Shown: positions 39,190 through 50,493, numbered from the stretch's first letter. The stretch is DNA of 64,000 bases from Candidatus Heimdallarchaeota archaeon (GCA_030603365.1 JAUVXV010000011.1:32001-96000); one strand, 5' to 3'. Numbers and translations are program-made. Notes: generated from the letters alone by a model not told the origin.

Positions 39190-41103
39190 TTGATAACTAT
39201 GAATAGAACAAAAATAGTTAGTTTATTTATATTCTGTACACTTATCTTTACACCAAGTATGATGAATGTTCAGAGTGAAGAAATAGTAGAAGTTTTTTCT
39301 TTATGCTTCTTGAGTTCAAATACAAGTGCTGCCAGAAATCAATGGGCTTTACTTATGGAAAATCAATTACCAAAAATAGGTATAGGAGTAGATTTTCATG
39401 AATCTACCGGATGGGCAAATATTGCTCCTCGTACCTGGGCTTATCCGTTGATTGAATTTGATTACATCCCAACTTACCCAGAAGGAGGATTTGATATTCT
39501 CTTCGTCGGCTGGGGTTGGGGACTTGATTGGGATCCAACTGGTCTATTTGACTCAGCAAGTTTAGTACCTTTTGGTGATAACTTCTATCAATACATCAAT
39601 CCAACATTTGATAACGTACTGAATAATTATCTCACTGAATTAAATCAAGCACAGCAGATACTATATGGTCACCAATTGCAAGCTATTCTCTATGAAGATT
39701 TACCAAGTATAGCCCTTATCTATCCAAAATCACTCTTTGGTTTCAAAGAAGGTTTAGTAGGAATAGACGGACTCTTGTTAGCTGAAGGTGCTGCTCGTTA
39801 TGAATTCTGGGATGATCCAGCAGATCACATCATCAAATACGCTATACCAGCAGATTTAATTGAATGGAACATCTATGATCAAGAATCCTTCTTTGATGGG
39901 TTATGGATGCAAGGAGTTTATGGGAGATTATACCAAAGAGCTCAAATCACTAACGTATTTGAACCACAGATTGCTGCAGATTTACCTGTTTTCAGTCCAA
40001 ATGGGCTGGACATTACAGTTAATCTTGATCCAAATGCAAAGTTTAGTGATGGAAGCCCTGTACTTGCTGAAGATGTAGAATATTCTTGCGAGTTACATAT
40101 GACACCAGAGGTTGGTTCAAATGATTACAGTTACTATTTTAACTATCTAGCATCAACTGATTCAGTTACAGCTGTGGGTTCTGATACAGTAACCTTTAAT
40201 CTTACTCAAAACCATGCTTTTGTACACAATTTACTAGACTTTGGTATTGTAGATAAAAGCACTGTTGAACCATTGATTTCAGCTTATGGTTATGATATAT
40301 TCACTGAAGTACCATTAACTGGAAACGTTGGAGATGGTCTAGTAAAGTCATGTGGCCCATTCATATTGGACACATTTAATACTATGAGTAATGTGGTTAA
40401 ACTAGTACCAAATTCATACTATAGTGACCTTATAGGATATAGTAGTCCTTTACTAGCTGAATGGTATCTAACCTATATCTCTGGTAAAGATACAGCTGTT
40501 ACTGAATTAATTGTTGGTAATGTAGACATTGTTGATGGACAATACTTCCCACAAATAGCTGATTTTACATCAGCTGGCGTAGAGGGTATTCTAGTTTGTG
40601 TCTCATCTTATCAGGAAATAGCCATGAATATGAGACATCCTGTCTTTGGTACTGGTGAATTAACACCTGTTGGTACTCCTGAAGCTGCTAAGAATGTAAG
40701 AAAAGCTATCAGTCATGCAGTTCCACGTGGAATTATCGTTGACCAAATCCTTGAAGGACTTGGTCAACCTGGTGTTACTGCTTGTCCAAATTCAGCAGTT
40801 GTTTTTGATGAATCACTTGATCCATATGCTTACGACATAGAATTAGCTTTAGACTATATGGAATTAGCAGGGTTCGATGTACGATATACAACACCAACGC
40901 CAACGCCAACACCAACGCCAACACCAACACCAACGCCAACGCCAACGCCAACGCCAACAGATACAGAAACTCCAACTCCATCTGAAACCGATACAAATGG
41001 AACTACGACAATAGCGGGAGATAATTGGATAATAAGCATAGTTCTAATCAGTCTAATAGGATTAACAATAACTCAATTATTTAGAAGAAGAAAAAGAAAT
41101 TGA
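39190..41103 (+). CDS. ABC peptide-binding protein (family 5) paralogue with PT linker
   Basis: Same motifs; (TP)n stalk. Confidence 0.88.
   Translation: MITMNRTKIVSLFIFCTLIFTPSMMNVQSEEIVEVFSLCFLSSNTSAARNQWALLMENQLPKIGIGVDFHESTGWANIAPRTWAYPLIEFDYIPTYPEGGFDILFVGWGWGLDWDPTGLFDSASLVPFGDNFYQYINPTFDNVLNNYLTELNQAQQILYGHQLQAILYEDLPSIALIYPKSLFGFKEGLVGIDGLLLAEGAARYEFWDDPADHIIKYAIPADLIEWNIYDQESFFDGLWMQGVYGRLYQRAQITNVFEPQIAADLPVFSPNGLDITVNLDPNAKFSDGSPVLAEDVEYSCELHMTPEVGSNDYSYYFNYLASTDSVTAVGSDTVTFNLTQNHAFVHNLLDFGIVDKSTVEPLISAYGYDIFTEVPLTGNVGDGLVKSCGPFILDTFNTMSNVVKLVPNSYYSDLIGYSSPLLAEWYLTYISGKDTAVTELIVGNVDIVDGQYFPQIADFTSAGVEGILVCVSSYQEIAMNMRHPVFGTGELTPVGTPEAAKNVRKAISHAVPRGIIVDQILEGLGQPGVTACPNSAVVFDESLDPYAYDIELALDYMELAGFDVRYTTPTPTPTPTPTPTPTPTPTPTPTDTETPTPSETDTNGTTTIAGDNWIISIVLISLIGLTITQLFRRRKRN
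40891..40956 (+). repeat. ACRCCA hexamer x11 encoding a Thr-Pro stalk
   Basis: Direct reading of the sequence. Confidence 0.9.
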
Positions 41104-41198
41104 TAATCTTTTATCTTCTCATTTTTTATTACAAATAATGTCATTGTTTTTTCTCTTTTATACAAAAAGTATATTAATTCTTACGAGAAAACGATATT

Positions 41199-43052
41199 TT
41201 GATAACTATGAAGAGAACAAAAATAGTTAGCATTTTTATATTCTGTACACTTATCTTACCACCAAGTATGGTAAATGTTCAGAGTTCTGAAATAGTAGAA
41301 GTTTTTTCTTTAAGCCTTTTAAGTCCAAATACAAGTGCAGCCAGAAATCAATGGGCCTCACTGATGGAAAATCAATTACCAAAAATTGGTATTGGTGTAA
41401 ACTTCCATGAATCTACAGGATGGGGAAACATTGGTCCTCGTACCTGGTATTATCCATTGATTGACTTCGATTACATCCCAACTTACCCAGAAGGAGGATA
41501 CGATATTCTCTTTGTCGGTTGGTCTTGGGGACTTGATTGGGATCCAACTGGTCTATTTGACTCAGCAAGTTTAATACCTTTTGGTGATAACTTCTACCAA
41601 TACATCAACCCAGTGTATGACGCATTATTAACAAACTATCTAACTGAATTAGACCAAGTAACACAGATAATGTATGCTCAACAGATGCAAGCAATACTTT
41701 ACGAGGATTTACCAGACATTGTCCTTATCTATCCAAAATCACTCTTTGGTATGAAAGAAGGATTAACTGGTATTGACGGACTCTTGTTAGGTGCAGGTAG
41801 TGCTCGATATGAATTCTGGGATGACCCAGCAGATCACATCATCAAATACGCTATTCCAGCAAATCTTGCAGAATGGAATGTATTTATCCAAGCATCCTTC
41901 TATGATGGTTTATGGATGGATGGAGTCTATGGTGCATTATTCCAAAGAGCACAATACTCTAATGTATGGGAACCACAGATTGCAGCAGCTCTACCTGTTT
42001 TCAGTCCAGATCTAAAGAGTATGACTGTTGATATTGACCCTAATGCCAAATTTAGCGATGGTAGTGCTGTTCTTGCAGAAGATATAGTATATTCAATGCA
42101 ACTATATATGACTCCAGCTGTAGGTTCAGGCGATTACAGTTACTATAACGCCTGGTTCGCAACAAACGCTTCAGTTTGGGCTGTTGATACAGACACAGTT
42201 GCTTTCAACATGACTGACGTCAATGCTTTTGCATTAGGAACAATCTCATTCTCAATTATCGACAAAAGCACTGTTGAACCATTGATTGGCTCATTTGGAT
42301 ACGACATTTTCAATGAAGTACCATTAACCGGTAATGTAGGTGATGGGTTAGTTATGTCCTGTGGACCTTTTGTTCTAGATTTATTTAATTCTGTAAGCAG
42401 TACTGTCGGACTAATACCTAATACATACTATTCTGATTTAAGTGGTTATTCTGCACCTCTTCTAGATGAATGGTATCTAACCTACATCTCTGGTAAGGAT
42501 ACTGCTGTATCTGAATTGATTTCTGGAACTATAGACATTGTAGATGGACAATACTTCCCACAAATAGCTGATTTCACTCCAGCTGGTGTAGAAGGTATTC
42601 TAGTCAGTGACCCATCTCATCAAGAAATGGCCATGAACTTGAGACATCCCGTCTTTGGTACAGGTGAATTAACACCCGTTGGAACACTTGAAGCTGCTAA
42701 GAATGTTAGAAAAGCCATTAGTCATGCAGTTCCTCGTGATATCATCGTTGACCAAATCCTTGAAGGACTTGGCGCTCCTGGTGTTACTGCTTGTCCAAAC
42801 GTAGCAGTCTCCTTTGATGAATCTCTTGACCCCTATGCATATGATATAGACTTAGCTTTAGACTATATGGAATTAGCAGGTTTCAATCCTAGAGACATAA
42901 CACCTACACCTAGTGAAACAGAAACACCTACTGGAACAGATACAGATGGTACTACGACAAAAACTGGTGATAGTTGGATAATTAGTATAGCTCTACTCAG
43001 TCTAGTTGGATTAACAATAACTCAAATAATTAGAAGAAGAAAAAGAAATTGA
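41199..43052 (+). CDS. ABC peptide-binding protein (family 5) paralogue
   Basis: Same motifs. Confidence 0.88.
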   Translation: MITMKRTKIVSIFIFCTLILPPSMVNVQSSEIVEVFSLSLLSPNTSAARNQWASLMENQLPKIGIGVNFHESTGWGNIGPRTWYYPLIDFDYIPTYPEGGYDILFVGWSWGLDWDPTGLFDSASLIPFGDNFYQYINPVYDALLTNYLTELDQVTQIMYAQQMQAILYEDLPDIVLIYPKSLFGMKEGLTGIDGLLLGAGSARYEFWDDPADHIIKYAIPANLAEWNVFIQASFYDGLWMDGVYGALFQRAQYSNVWEPQIAAALPVFSPDLKSMTVDIDPNAKFSDGSAVLAEDIVYSMQLYMTPAVGSGDYSYYNAWFATNASVWAVDTDTVAFNMTDVNAFALGTISFSIIDKSTVEPLIGSFGYDIFNEVPLTGNVGDGLVMSCGPFVLDLFNSVSSTVGLIPNTYYSDLSGYSAPLLDEWYLTYISGKDTAVSELISGTIDIVDGQYFPQIADFTPAGVEGILVSDPSHQEMAMNLRHPVFGTGELTPVGTLEAAKNVRKAISHAVPRDIIVDQILEGLGAPGVTACPNVAVSFDESLDPYAYDIDLALDYMELAGFNPRDITPTPSETETPTGTDTDGTTTKTGDSWIISIALLSLVGLTITQIIRRRKRN

Positions 43053-43146
43053 TAATCTTTTATCTTCTCACTTTTTTTCCATGATAGAATACTATTTTAA
43101 AGATTAAATTAAAAAAATATAAGAAAGAATAAAGGAATTTTAGTTC

Positions 43147-43311
43147 CTATTCATAAGGTTCAAAATCAGCTTTTTCAGCACCACACTCGGGACAAACCCA
43201 GTCATCAGGCACATCTTCCCAAGCTGTACCTGGAGTAATTCCAGCGTCTGGGTCACCGATTTCAGGGTCATACACATATCCACAAAGGGTACATATCCAT
43301 TTTCCACTCAT
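43147..43311 (-). CDS. rub: Rubredoxin (54 aa, not in ORF track)
   Basis: [21 protein letters not shown]...[15 protein letters not shown]. Confidence 0.95.
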   Translation of the reverse strand: MSGKWICTLCGYVYDPEIGDPDAGITPGTAWEDVPDDWVCPECGAEKADFEPYE

Positions 43312-43396
43312 TTTTTATCCTCTTTATTGATTTTAGCTAGTGTTTTTTTGATAAGTATATATGTTTTACCCATTTAGCTATCTTATTAGCTATTGT

Positions 43397-43735
43397 TCAA
43401 ACCAATCCAGCTGCAAGGATTTTTTGAAGCTGTTTTACTGTTATTTTATCAGGATCCCAAACCATTTCATTGTTATCCATAAACAGATCGAATAAGTTTC
43501 TAACACATAATATCTTGCCTTTCGAATCCTCTAATACAATTTGATAACTTGTCCAAAACCCACAAACTTGACAGAAAAATTCTGGGTTACTGTTTAGATT
43601 TTTTTTAACATTAAGAAGAAAGTCTGCTAAATCCTCTGTTGATTCAATTTGATAATTCTCAACAACTTCTTGCTTCTGCCCTCCTGCTTGGTTGTCAATG
43701 TAATTATCAAGTTCAACTATCGTTAGTTTCCACAT
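43397..43735 (-). CDS. Hypothetical protein
   Basis: 112 aa with CQVC. Confidence 0.6.
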   Translation of the reverse strand: MWKLTIVELDNYIDNQAGGQKQEVVENYQIESTEDLADFLLNVKKNLNSNPEFFCQVCGFWTSYQIVLEDSKGKILCVRNLFDLFMDNNEMVWDPDKITVKQLQKILAAGLV

Positions 43736-43812
43736 ACATTCTCCCTTCTAAGGATAAAATTTCTTTAACTTATTATGAAAAAAATGACTTAAAAACTCGT
43801 GAAATAAGTTGT

Positions 43813-46797
43813 TTATTCAAAATCGAAATCTTCTAAATCTTCTTCTTTTGGTTTGAACTCTTCAATTTGTGGATTAAGTGTTTCTTCTTCACTGTCCAAG
43901 GAGATAGAATCGTCTTCAAGAAGAATATCATTATCATTAGATAGGATTATTTCATTATCATTAACAACTACTTCTTCCTCTTTTTCTTCAACAGTTTCTT
44001 CTTCAACAGTTTCTTCTTCAACAGTATCTTCTTCTTCATCAACTTCGACTTGATCAGGTTCTGGAATAGATTCTAAATCTTCTTCTGTATCATCTGCAAC
44101 TTCTTCTTCCTCCAGTTCTTCCTCTTCTTCATCTTCAGAGGGTTTTGTTGCTGGGATAGGTATAGAGAGTTCCTCAATTGTAGATTCAGATACTAGTTCT
44201 CCTTCCTCTCCAAGAGCCATCTCTTCAGTTTCAATAATGACTTCTTCTGACTGCAAAATCACTTCATCAGAGGATGTATCAATTGGAGTTAATTCTTCTG
44301 TCATGCTTTCAGTTTCATCCATATCCTCTAAATCTTGCTCTATTTCCTTCAATTCCCCGTCCAGTTCTAAAACATCATCAGGGTCTTCTTCAATTGCAAC
44401 ACTCATATCTGCTAAGTCTTCAACTCTAAGTGGTAATTCATGCTCGAAACCAGCCATTTCAACTTCCTCGCCATGCAGTTGAACTTCATCTGCATTAAGG
44501 TCGACTGTTTCTGTTTGAGTTAGTTCAAAAGTCTCATATGAAGTTTTAGCAATTGGAATACCATAAGTTTCGATATAAGCTAATAGATGAGGATCTTTGC
44601 TTTTCAATAGAGTGTCAATTTTCTTCAATTCTGCATCTACTTTTTCAATGATTTGAAGTTCATCCTCTAACTCCTCCAATGCTAGCATTTCTTCTAATTC
44701 TTTCTCTACTCTCTCCAACATTTCACCAAGTTCTTTCAGACTTCTCTCTAAATCTAGTTTTTCTGTCTTTGCTCTTTCTTCAAGTATTCCTTCCTGTAGG
44801 AAATATATATTTGTAACTTTGTCTAAAACTTCTTGGTGTGTTGCCCTTACTCCTAGAGGTTCAATTTTAGGCATTAGTTTACGAAGAGATTCAACATATT
44901 TTCCAAATTGTTTTTTCAGATTGAAAGTGATTTTTTCAGTTATTGCAATAATGAGATATTCTCCTACGTTATCAATAAGAAGATCTCTTCCATGTTGGCT
45001 AACTTCAGTTAAAACTAAGTCCTCTTCCAAAACACTTTGGGAGAAAATATTGATAGCCGCAACTAACATAGGAACTAATGATGCTTCGTCTTTGTATTCG
45101 TGTTTTGTTGTGAAACGATATTTCATGACAGCAGAATCTGCTTCAACTATAGCTACTCCGTACAATTTTGATGCTACAAGTTTGGGTGTTTTTACAAACT
45201 TAAATCCTTGATATTGCTTCACAACTTCAGACATCTTACTAGTCTGCTGGAAACCTTTTTCTTCAAGTATAGAAGCGAATTTTTCGATTTTTTCATCCTT
45301 GCTTATTTCTTTAATTATTGCTTGAGCATCTCTTTGAACTTTAGGATAATTGAATTTTTTTGCTAAATCGTCAGCTTCTGAAAATGCTTCTATTGCCTTT
45401 TTTGTTTTTCCACCATGGATAAGTAACAGTCCTTTTAGTAATTGAATATCACACATTAATTTTGGAATGAATTGTTCCTCAGAAAGATAAGTTAGATTGT
45501 TTAGATAGCTTAAAACAGCTGAATAATCAATTAGTTCATTAGTATTATTGAACTTATCCAGATGTAAACTAGCAAGCTCAAATTGTGCTTTGATAAGAAA
45601 TTCAATATTGTTCATATCGGAAGCAGCTTTATTTGAAATTTCAAATGCTTGAATTGCTTCATCAATTTGATCTCGTTTCTTGAAAAGCATTCCTTCATAG
45701 TAGTAAATACTTGGTTTAACTCTCAATTCTCCTACTTCATCTAATCTTTGTTTACAAAGTAGTATGGATGCTTCTGCGAGTTTGAAATTTGACCTCTCTA
45801 TTGCAATCCAAGTTGATAGAAGGTAAGGTTGGATTAAATTTAATTCATACTTCTCTTCTAACTCTAAAGCTACATCTAGCATTTCTTTGGCTTCTTCATA
45901 ATTTTCAAGTAAAAGACTCAATTCTGCTATATTAGTCGCACTTACAGCTTTTGCTCGTGGATTCTTTGATACAAGTTGATGAATTTGTCTTAAGAGTCTA
46001 ATAGACCTTTCGTAGTCTCCCCTTGCTATTTCAAGCTTTGCAGAATTGTTGAGCAAGCTTGCACGATCAGCTGCTAAACCTGTCTCTTCTGTTGGAATGA
46101 TGGCAGCATTTAGCATTTTCTTTGCTTTTTTAAATTCACCTTTGTTTATGAAAACATTTGTAATTAGATTAAGAGCAACGGATTGAAAATAGGGGTCATT
46201 TTGTTTTACAGCACTCTTAAGAACATTTCTAGCTAATTCCTCAACTTTGCTAAAATTGTTTATTAATAAAAATGCTTGAGCAGCAAGTGTGTAAATTAGA
46301 AAAATATAAAGTTGTCCTTCAAATTGTTCAAGATGTAAGTTAACGTGACTCTCTAATTCTTCTACAGTTGTTAGAGCCATAGGATAATTTTGTTCACCAT
46401 ACAGTAATAGGAATTCTAATCCAGCGGTAATAAAGAGATGTAACGGCATATCTAATGATTCACTATACTTCTGTTGAAATTGTAATTTTAAACTAACAAT
46501 TTTGTTTGTTTGATTTAATCTCGAAAATGCATAAGCTCTATAGAGGAAATATTCAGGACGAGAAAATGCTGAAGTTAAATCTAGAACTGATTTGAAATCA
46601 CGTGTACAAATTGCTATATCTAATGCTAAATCTCGTATCTCTGTTGAAGCTTCGTAATTCACTGCATAATTGATACATTGTTTTGTAAAAATATCTAAAG
46701 CCTTCTTGTCGTTCTCAGGAATAGAATTAATTATGGTAATTATGGGGTCTTGTTCGAATGTTTTCTGGTGACGAACACTGAAAGGAGCAAACATCAT
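43813..46797 (-). CDS. TPR protein with longin/roadblock-like domain and long acidic tail
   Basis: Helical TPR-like repeats; LYGVAIV..LV..LVAAINIFSQSVL..LTEV..LLID..YLIIAI segment; E/D-rich C-terminus. Confidence 0.75.
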   Translation of the reverse strand: MMFAPFSVRHQKTFEQDPIITIINSIPENDKKALDIFTKQCINYAVNYEASTEIRDLALDIAICTRDFKSVLDLTSAFSRPEYFLYRAYAFSRLNQTNKIVSLKLQFQQKYSESLDMPLHLFITAGLEFLLLYGEQNYPMALTTVEELESHVNLHLEQFEGQLYIFLIYTLAAQAFLLINNFSKVEELARNVLKSAVKQNDPYFQSVALNLITNVFINKGEFKKAKKMLNAAIIPTEETGLAADRASLLNNSAKLEIARGDYERSIRLLRQIHQLVSKNPRAKAVSATNIAELSLLLENYEEAKEMLDVALELEEKYELNLIQPYLLSTWIAIERSNFKLAEASILLCKQRLDEVGELRVKPSIYYYEGMLFKKRDQIDEAIQAFEISNKAASDMNNIEFLIKAQFELASLHLDKFNNTNELIDYSAVLSYLNNLTYLSEEQFIPKLMCDIQLLKGLLLIHGGKTKKAIEAFSEADDLAKKFNYPKVQRDAQAIIKEISKDEKIEKFASILEEKGFQQTSKMSEVVKQYQGFKFVKTPKLVASKLYGVAIVEADSAVMKYRFTTKHEYKDEASLVPMLVAAINIFSQSVLEEDLVLTEVSQHGRDLLIDNVGEYLIIAITEKITFNLKKQFGKYVESLRKLMPKIEPLGVRATHQEVLDKVTNIYFLQEGILEERAKTEKLDLERSLKELGEMLERVEKELEEMLALEELEDELQIIEKVDAELKKIDTLLKSKDPHLLAYIETYGIPIAKTSYETFELTQTETVDLNADEVQLHGEEVEMAGFEHELPLRVEDLADMSVAIEEDPDDVLELDGELKEIEQDLEDMDETESMTEELTPIDTSSDEVILQSEEVIIETEEMALGEEGELVSESTIEELSIPIPATKPSEDEEEEELEEEEVADDTEEDLESIPEPDQVEVDEEEDTVEEETVEEETVEEKEEEVVVNDNEIILSNDNDILLEDDSISLDSEEETLNPQIEEFKPKEEDLEDFDFE

Positions 46798-46932
46798 TTT
46801 TCCTCTTAGAACTCTAGTAAGTTATGTGTTATATACTTATATAGATAGATGCACTAGTAAATCTAATAGTTTTATACGAAAAAAGAATATTTAAACCTTC
46901 ATTTAGAAACGAGATTAAACAAATAGATATTT

Positions 46933-48273
46933 CTAATAATTTTCACTTTCTGGAAGTGGAGGTTCAGCTTTTTCTATTTCTCTATTTTTCTTCAAAAATC
47001 GTTGCATAATGATAGGAATCATAATTGCTATTGGATAAGCCAGAGTAACAACTGGAAAAGTCCAGGGAAGAATTCTACCAGCTGAATCATAAATAATTCC
47101 TCCTATAGTCGTGCCTAGAGCTCTAGTAAGTCTTCTTCCCGCTGAAACAAAACCCGTTGAAGACCCTCTATATTTAGGAGGTAACCAACTGTAGAAGAAA
47201 GAATTCCAAGCAGGTCTAGACATATTCGCCGATGAGCTGCGAAAAACGAAGAAGACAGAACCCAAGATCAATCCTGGACTCAAAGCCAGTCCAAGTGCTA
47301 ATGCTGGTACAGCAAAATGCAATATTGCAAGAATCTTTTCATTACCTATCTTTTTACTAAGGGGAACAATAGCTAAACTACCAAGAGCTATACCCGCATT
47401 TGAAGCAGCTAATATTATAGCCCATTGCATGTCAGAAGCAGACAGGTCGTCAATAATGTATTTCCGAATGAAAGGAACTGCAATCCCAGACGTAAAACCA
47501 ATTATAGATTCACAGAAAAAGAAAGCTAATAGCTGGAAACCAATTGGTTTTTTACTTTTCTCCTCATATTTCTTCCAATCTTCTCCTTTAGAAATCTTTT
47601 TTGCTTCTTCCTTTGAAGCTTCAGGAACAGGAAATCTAAAAGAAAGAAACATAGTTACAATCAGAAAAATAGCAATAAATAGGATCATGTTCATGTAGGG
47701 ACCTTTATCTGCGATAAGATGAAAATAACTAAATTCCCCTCCTTGAAATGGAGTAAAGACCCCTTGATGAGTCCTATAATTAGCATAAATAGAAAGATAT
47801 ACCCCTCCCAATAATGGTGCAATAACTCCTGCCATATTCCAGAAAAAATGCATAAAGCTAAAGAACCGGGTTTTCTCTTCCTTTGATGGAGTTATATCTG
47901 CCAGTAGAGTAGTTAGAGAAATCTGAGTTAGTGATCTAGACACACCAAATAATGAATAAGCAGCGATCATCCACCCTTTCAAATCAGTAAAACTAGTTGC
48001 GTAAAATAAGAACATGGAAATTCCAGCTGCTCCCAAACCTACAATCATAGTATACTTTCTTTTTCTAACATCTGTTATGTATCCAAGACCAATGATAAGA
48101 CCTGAAGCTAAATATCCAGCTACTGCAAAAATCAATCCATAATAGAAGTCATTCCAATTGAGAAAAATGATGAATAAAGGGATAACATACTGAGTCAACC
48201 TATTGCTCAAACCAATCAAGGTTCTGTAGAATATGATCGAATAGGCTTGCTTATTTTCATCAAGATTGAACAT
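46933..48273 (-). CDS. MFS transporter
   Basis: GYITDVRKRK motif A, about 12 TM segments. Confidence 0.85.
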   Translation of the reverse strand: MFNLDENKQAYSIIFYRTLIGLSNRLTQYVIPLFIIFLNWNDFYYGLIFAVAGYLASGLIIGLGYITDVRKRKYTMIVGLGAAGISMFLFYATSFTDLKGWMIAAYSLFGVSRSLTQISLTTLLADITPSKEEKTRFFSFMHFFWNMAGVIAPLLGGVYLSIYANYRTHQGVFTPFQGGEFSYFHLIADKGPYMNMILFIAIFLIVTMFLSFRFPVPEASKEEAKKISKGEDWKKYEEKSKKPIGFQLLAFFFCESIIGFTSGIAVPFIRKYIIDDLSASDMQWAIILAASNAGIALGSLAIVPLSKKIGNEKILAILHFAVPALALGLALSPGLILGSVFFVFRSSSANMSRPAWNSFFYSWLPPKYRGSSTGFVSAGRRLTRALGTTIGGIIYDSAGRILPWTFPVVTLAYPIAIMIPIIMQRFLKKNREIEKAEPPLPESENY

Positions 48274-48323
48274 AGAATAACCACTGCAGATATTTCCGTT
48301 TAAAAAATATTTTGAAAGTGGCT

Positions 48324-49148
48324 TTATTCATTCTCTAATTTCTCGATTAACTCAACTAGAGGAAGGCTATGTGCTGCGATATTTGTCCCGAGATCGTAGT
48401 ATTTTGAACCTTCAACAGCCTCATGAATTCCACTGGTTATTTCAGCAGCATGAGCTTTGTCTTTTTCAGCTGCTACAAAGATGCAATTTCCTTTCACTTT
48501 ACTTAGTTGTTCATCAGTTATTTTGAATTTTCTTTGGATAAGCATGGTTTTCCTGACACGACGGATATTATAACTATCAAAATATCCCCAGTATTTTTTT
48601 GCTTGTTCCTTTTGGCTTCTATCTAGGTAGATATAACGAATAATGAATTTAGCTATTGGTTTGACGAGTAAGTGCCAAACAGGACGGGTATTAATATAAA
48701 CAAATGGCCAGGTATAACCTGGAACTTCAAGTCTAAGAACAGGTCCAATCATATAAATTGATTTGGGTGACATGAGACCCATACTCATGGCTAGCAAAGT
48801 AAAACCTGCTCCATAACTTGAAGCAATCATCAGATAATCTTTCAACTGTAGGAAGTCGATAACTTCAGCTATATCACGAGCAAATCTTTCAGGTGAAAAA
48901 TCAGGCTTTTTACCTAACTGAGCAGTATGCTTTTCTCTAGTTTCAATAACATAAATTCTATAATTCTTCATCATCTCTAGAAGTACTTTATCCCATGCAC
49001 TTGGTAAACTACCAAAACCAGGTAAGAGAACAAGAGTATCTTTTATTTTACCTTCTGGTTCATAGAAATGAACCTTAAGTAAATCTGTCTCAGTATCACC
49101 TACCTGAACATATTGAGAAGTCGCGTATTGCTCAAATTCGGAACTCAT
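48324..49148 (-). CDS. Alpha/beta hydrolase
   Basis: LLPGF oxyanion motif, ASSYG nucleophile elbow. Confidence 0.8.
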   Translation of the reverse strand: MSSEFEQYATSQYVQVGDTETDLLKVHFYEPEGKIKDTLVLLPGFGSLPSAWDKVLLEMMKNYRIYVIETREKHTAQLGKKPDFSPERFARDIAEVIDFLQLKDYLMIASSYGAGFTLLAMSMGLMSPKSIYMIGPVLRLEVPGYTWPFVYINTRPVWHLLVKPIAKFIIRYIYLDRSQKEQAKKYWGYFDSYNIRRVRKTMLIQRKFKITDEQLSKVKGNCIFVAAEKDKAHAAEITSGIHEAVEGSKYYDLGTNIAAHSLPLVELIEKLENE

Positions 49149-49255
49149 ACATTTGTTTTTTATTAGTCTTTTTTAAATTTATACTTATTTTCGAGAAGGG
49201 AAAGGTTATTTATTGTCTTTTGATATGTTCATGAATAGAACAGATCAAGTGAGGA

Positions 49256-50416
49256 TTGCTTGTGTCTTTGAAGAATATTGAACAAACAATACAGTTTTTT
49301 GAAAATAGTAAGAATACAATTCAAGATATATTTGATTCAGGATTTTGCAATTTTTGTGGAGCATGCATACACAGCTGTCCTGTGGATGCGATTGAATATT
49401 TAGATCCTCAAATATTAGTTAAAGAAAACTGCATCCAATGTGGAAGTTGCTTGGAACTATGCTCTCAAAATCAAGAAGTAAGGTATTCCAAACAAATGAT
49501 TAGTATTGAGAAAAATGACCAAATTAAGGATATTCATTCAAAAATTGCCGAAGTTCCTTTAGGTCGTTTCAAAGAAATCTGGAATGGTTTCTCTAGTTCT
49601 AGAAAAACGAGAAATGTAACTATGGTGGGGGGAGTTACAACTAGCCTATTGCATACTGCTTTATCAGAAAATGTAGTTGATGCAGTTCTTATTCCAGAAT
49701 TTACTGAGAAAAAACAAAATCCTAGAGGAAAGTTAATTTCAAATCCAGAAGAATTACTTCAATCAGGAGGAAGCAAATATTTACCTACTCTTTCTCTAGA
49801 TAGACTTGATGAAATTGCGAATAACCAAGATATAGATAGAATAGCAATCACAACATTACCATGTCAAGCATATGTGATTAAGAAAATGTTTCTCGATACT
49901 CAATATGAGAAACTTGTTAAAAAGATTCATCTAGTATTAACATTGTTTTGTGGGAGTGGGATTCCCTATAGAGATGATGTAGAATTCTTTCTGAAAGCCA
50001 AAGGAGTTACAGAAAGTTTATCAGAATTGAAAGTGATTCGAAGAAGAGAAAAAAGGATATGGCGAATTAATCCTCAAGACATTGAAAGATATATCTTTAT
50101 TACAAAGGATGGTAAGGAAGTAAGTATCTCATCTAGTAGAATTCTAAGATGCAAAACTAAATCTAATTGTAGTACAATTTGTCCTGATTATACAGGTTAT
50201 TTTAGTGATGTTTCAATAGGGGCATCTCACATATCTTCAAACATAATTATTGCAAGAACAGAAAAAGGAAGAAAATTAGTTAACTTGGCTATTGAAAAAG
50301 AAATTATCAAAACAAGAAATTTCTCGAAAATTAACAACTTTTTAATTAATTTCATGGGCAAAAATAAAAGGGATCTAAAAAGAAAGTCATATCAAAAATT
50401 TTTCAAAAACAAGTAA
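49256..50416 (+). CDS. Coenzyme F420 hydrogenase/dehydrogenase beta subunit-like (FrhB family) with ferredoxin domain
   Basis: CNFCGACIHSCP, GGVTT, GSKY, LPCQ, LFC and DVSIG motifs. Confidence 0.85.
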   Translation: MLVSLKNIEQTIQFFENSKNTIQDIFDSGFCNFCGACIHSCPVDAIEYLDPQILVKENCIQCGSCLELCSQNQEVRYSKQMISIEKNDQIKDIHSKIAEVPLGRFKEIWNGFSSSRKTRNVTMVGGVTTSLLHTALSENVVDAVLIPEFTEKKQNPRGKLISNPEELLQSGGSKYLPTLSLDRLDEIANNQDIDRIAITTLPCQAYVIKKMFLDTQYEKLVKKIHLVLTLFCGSGIPYRDDVEFFLKAKGVTESLSELKVIRRREKRIWRINPQDIERYIFITKDGKEVSISSSRILRCKTKSNCSTICPDYTGYFSDVSIGASHISSNIIIARTEKGRKLVNLAIEKEIIKTRNFSKINNFLINFMGKNKRDLKRKSYQKFFKNK

Positions 50417-50493
50417 GTTTAATATAACTCAATACATGTGGAATTACTAGTTTGCTAAATAGAAAAGGACTAAAAAGCTACTATTGATTTTTT

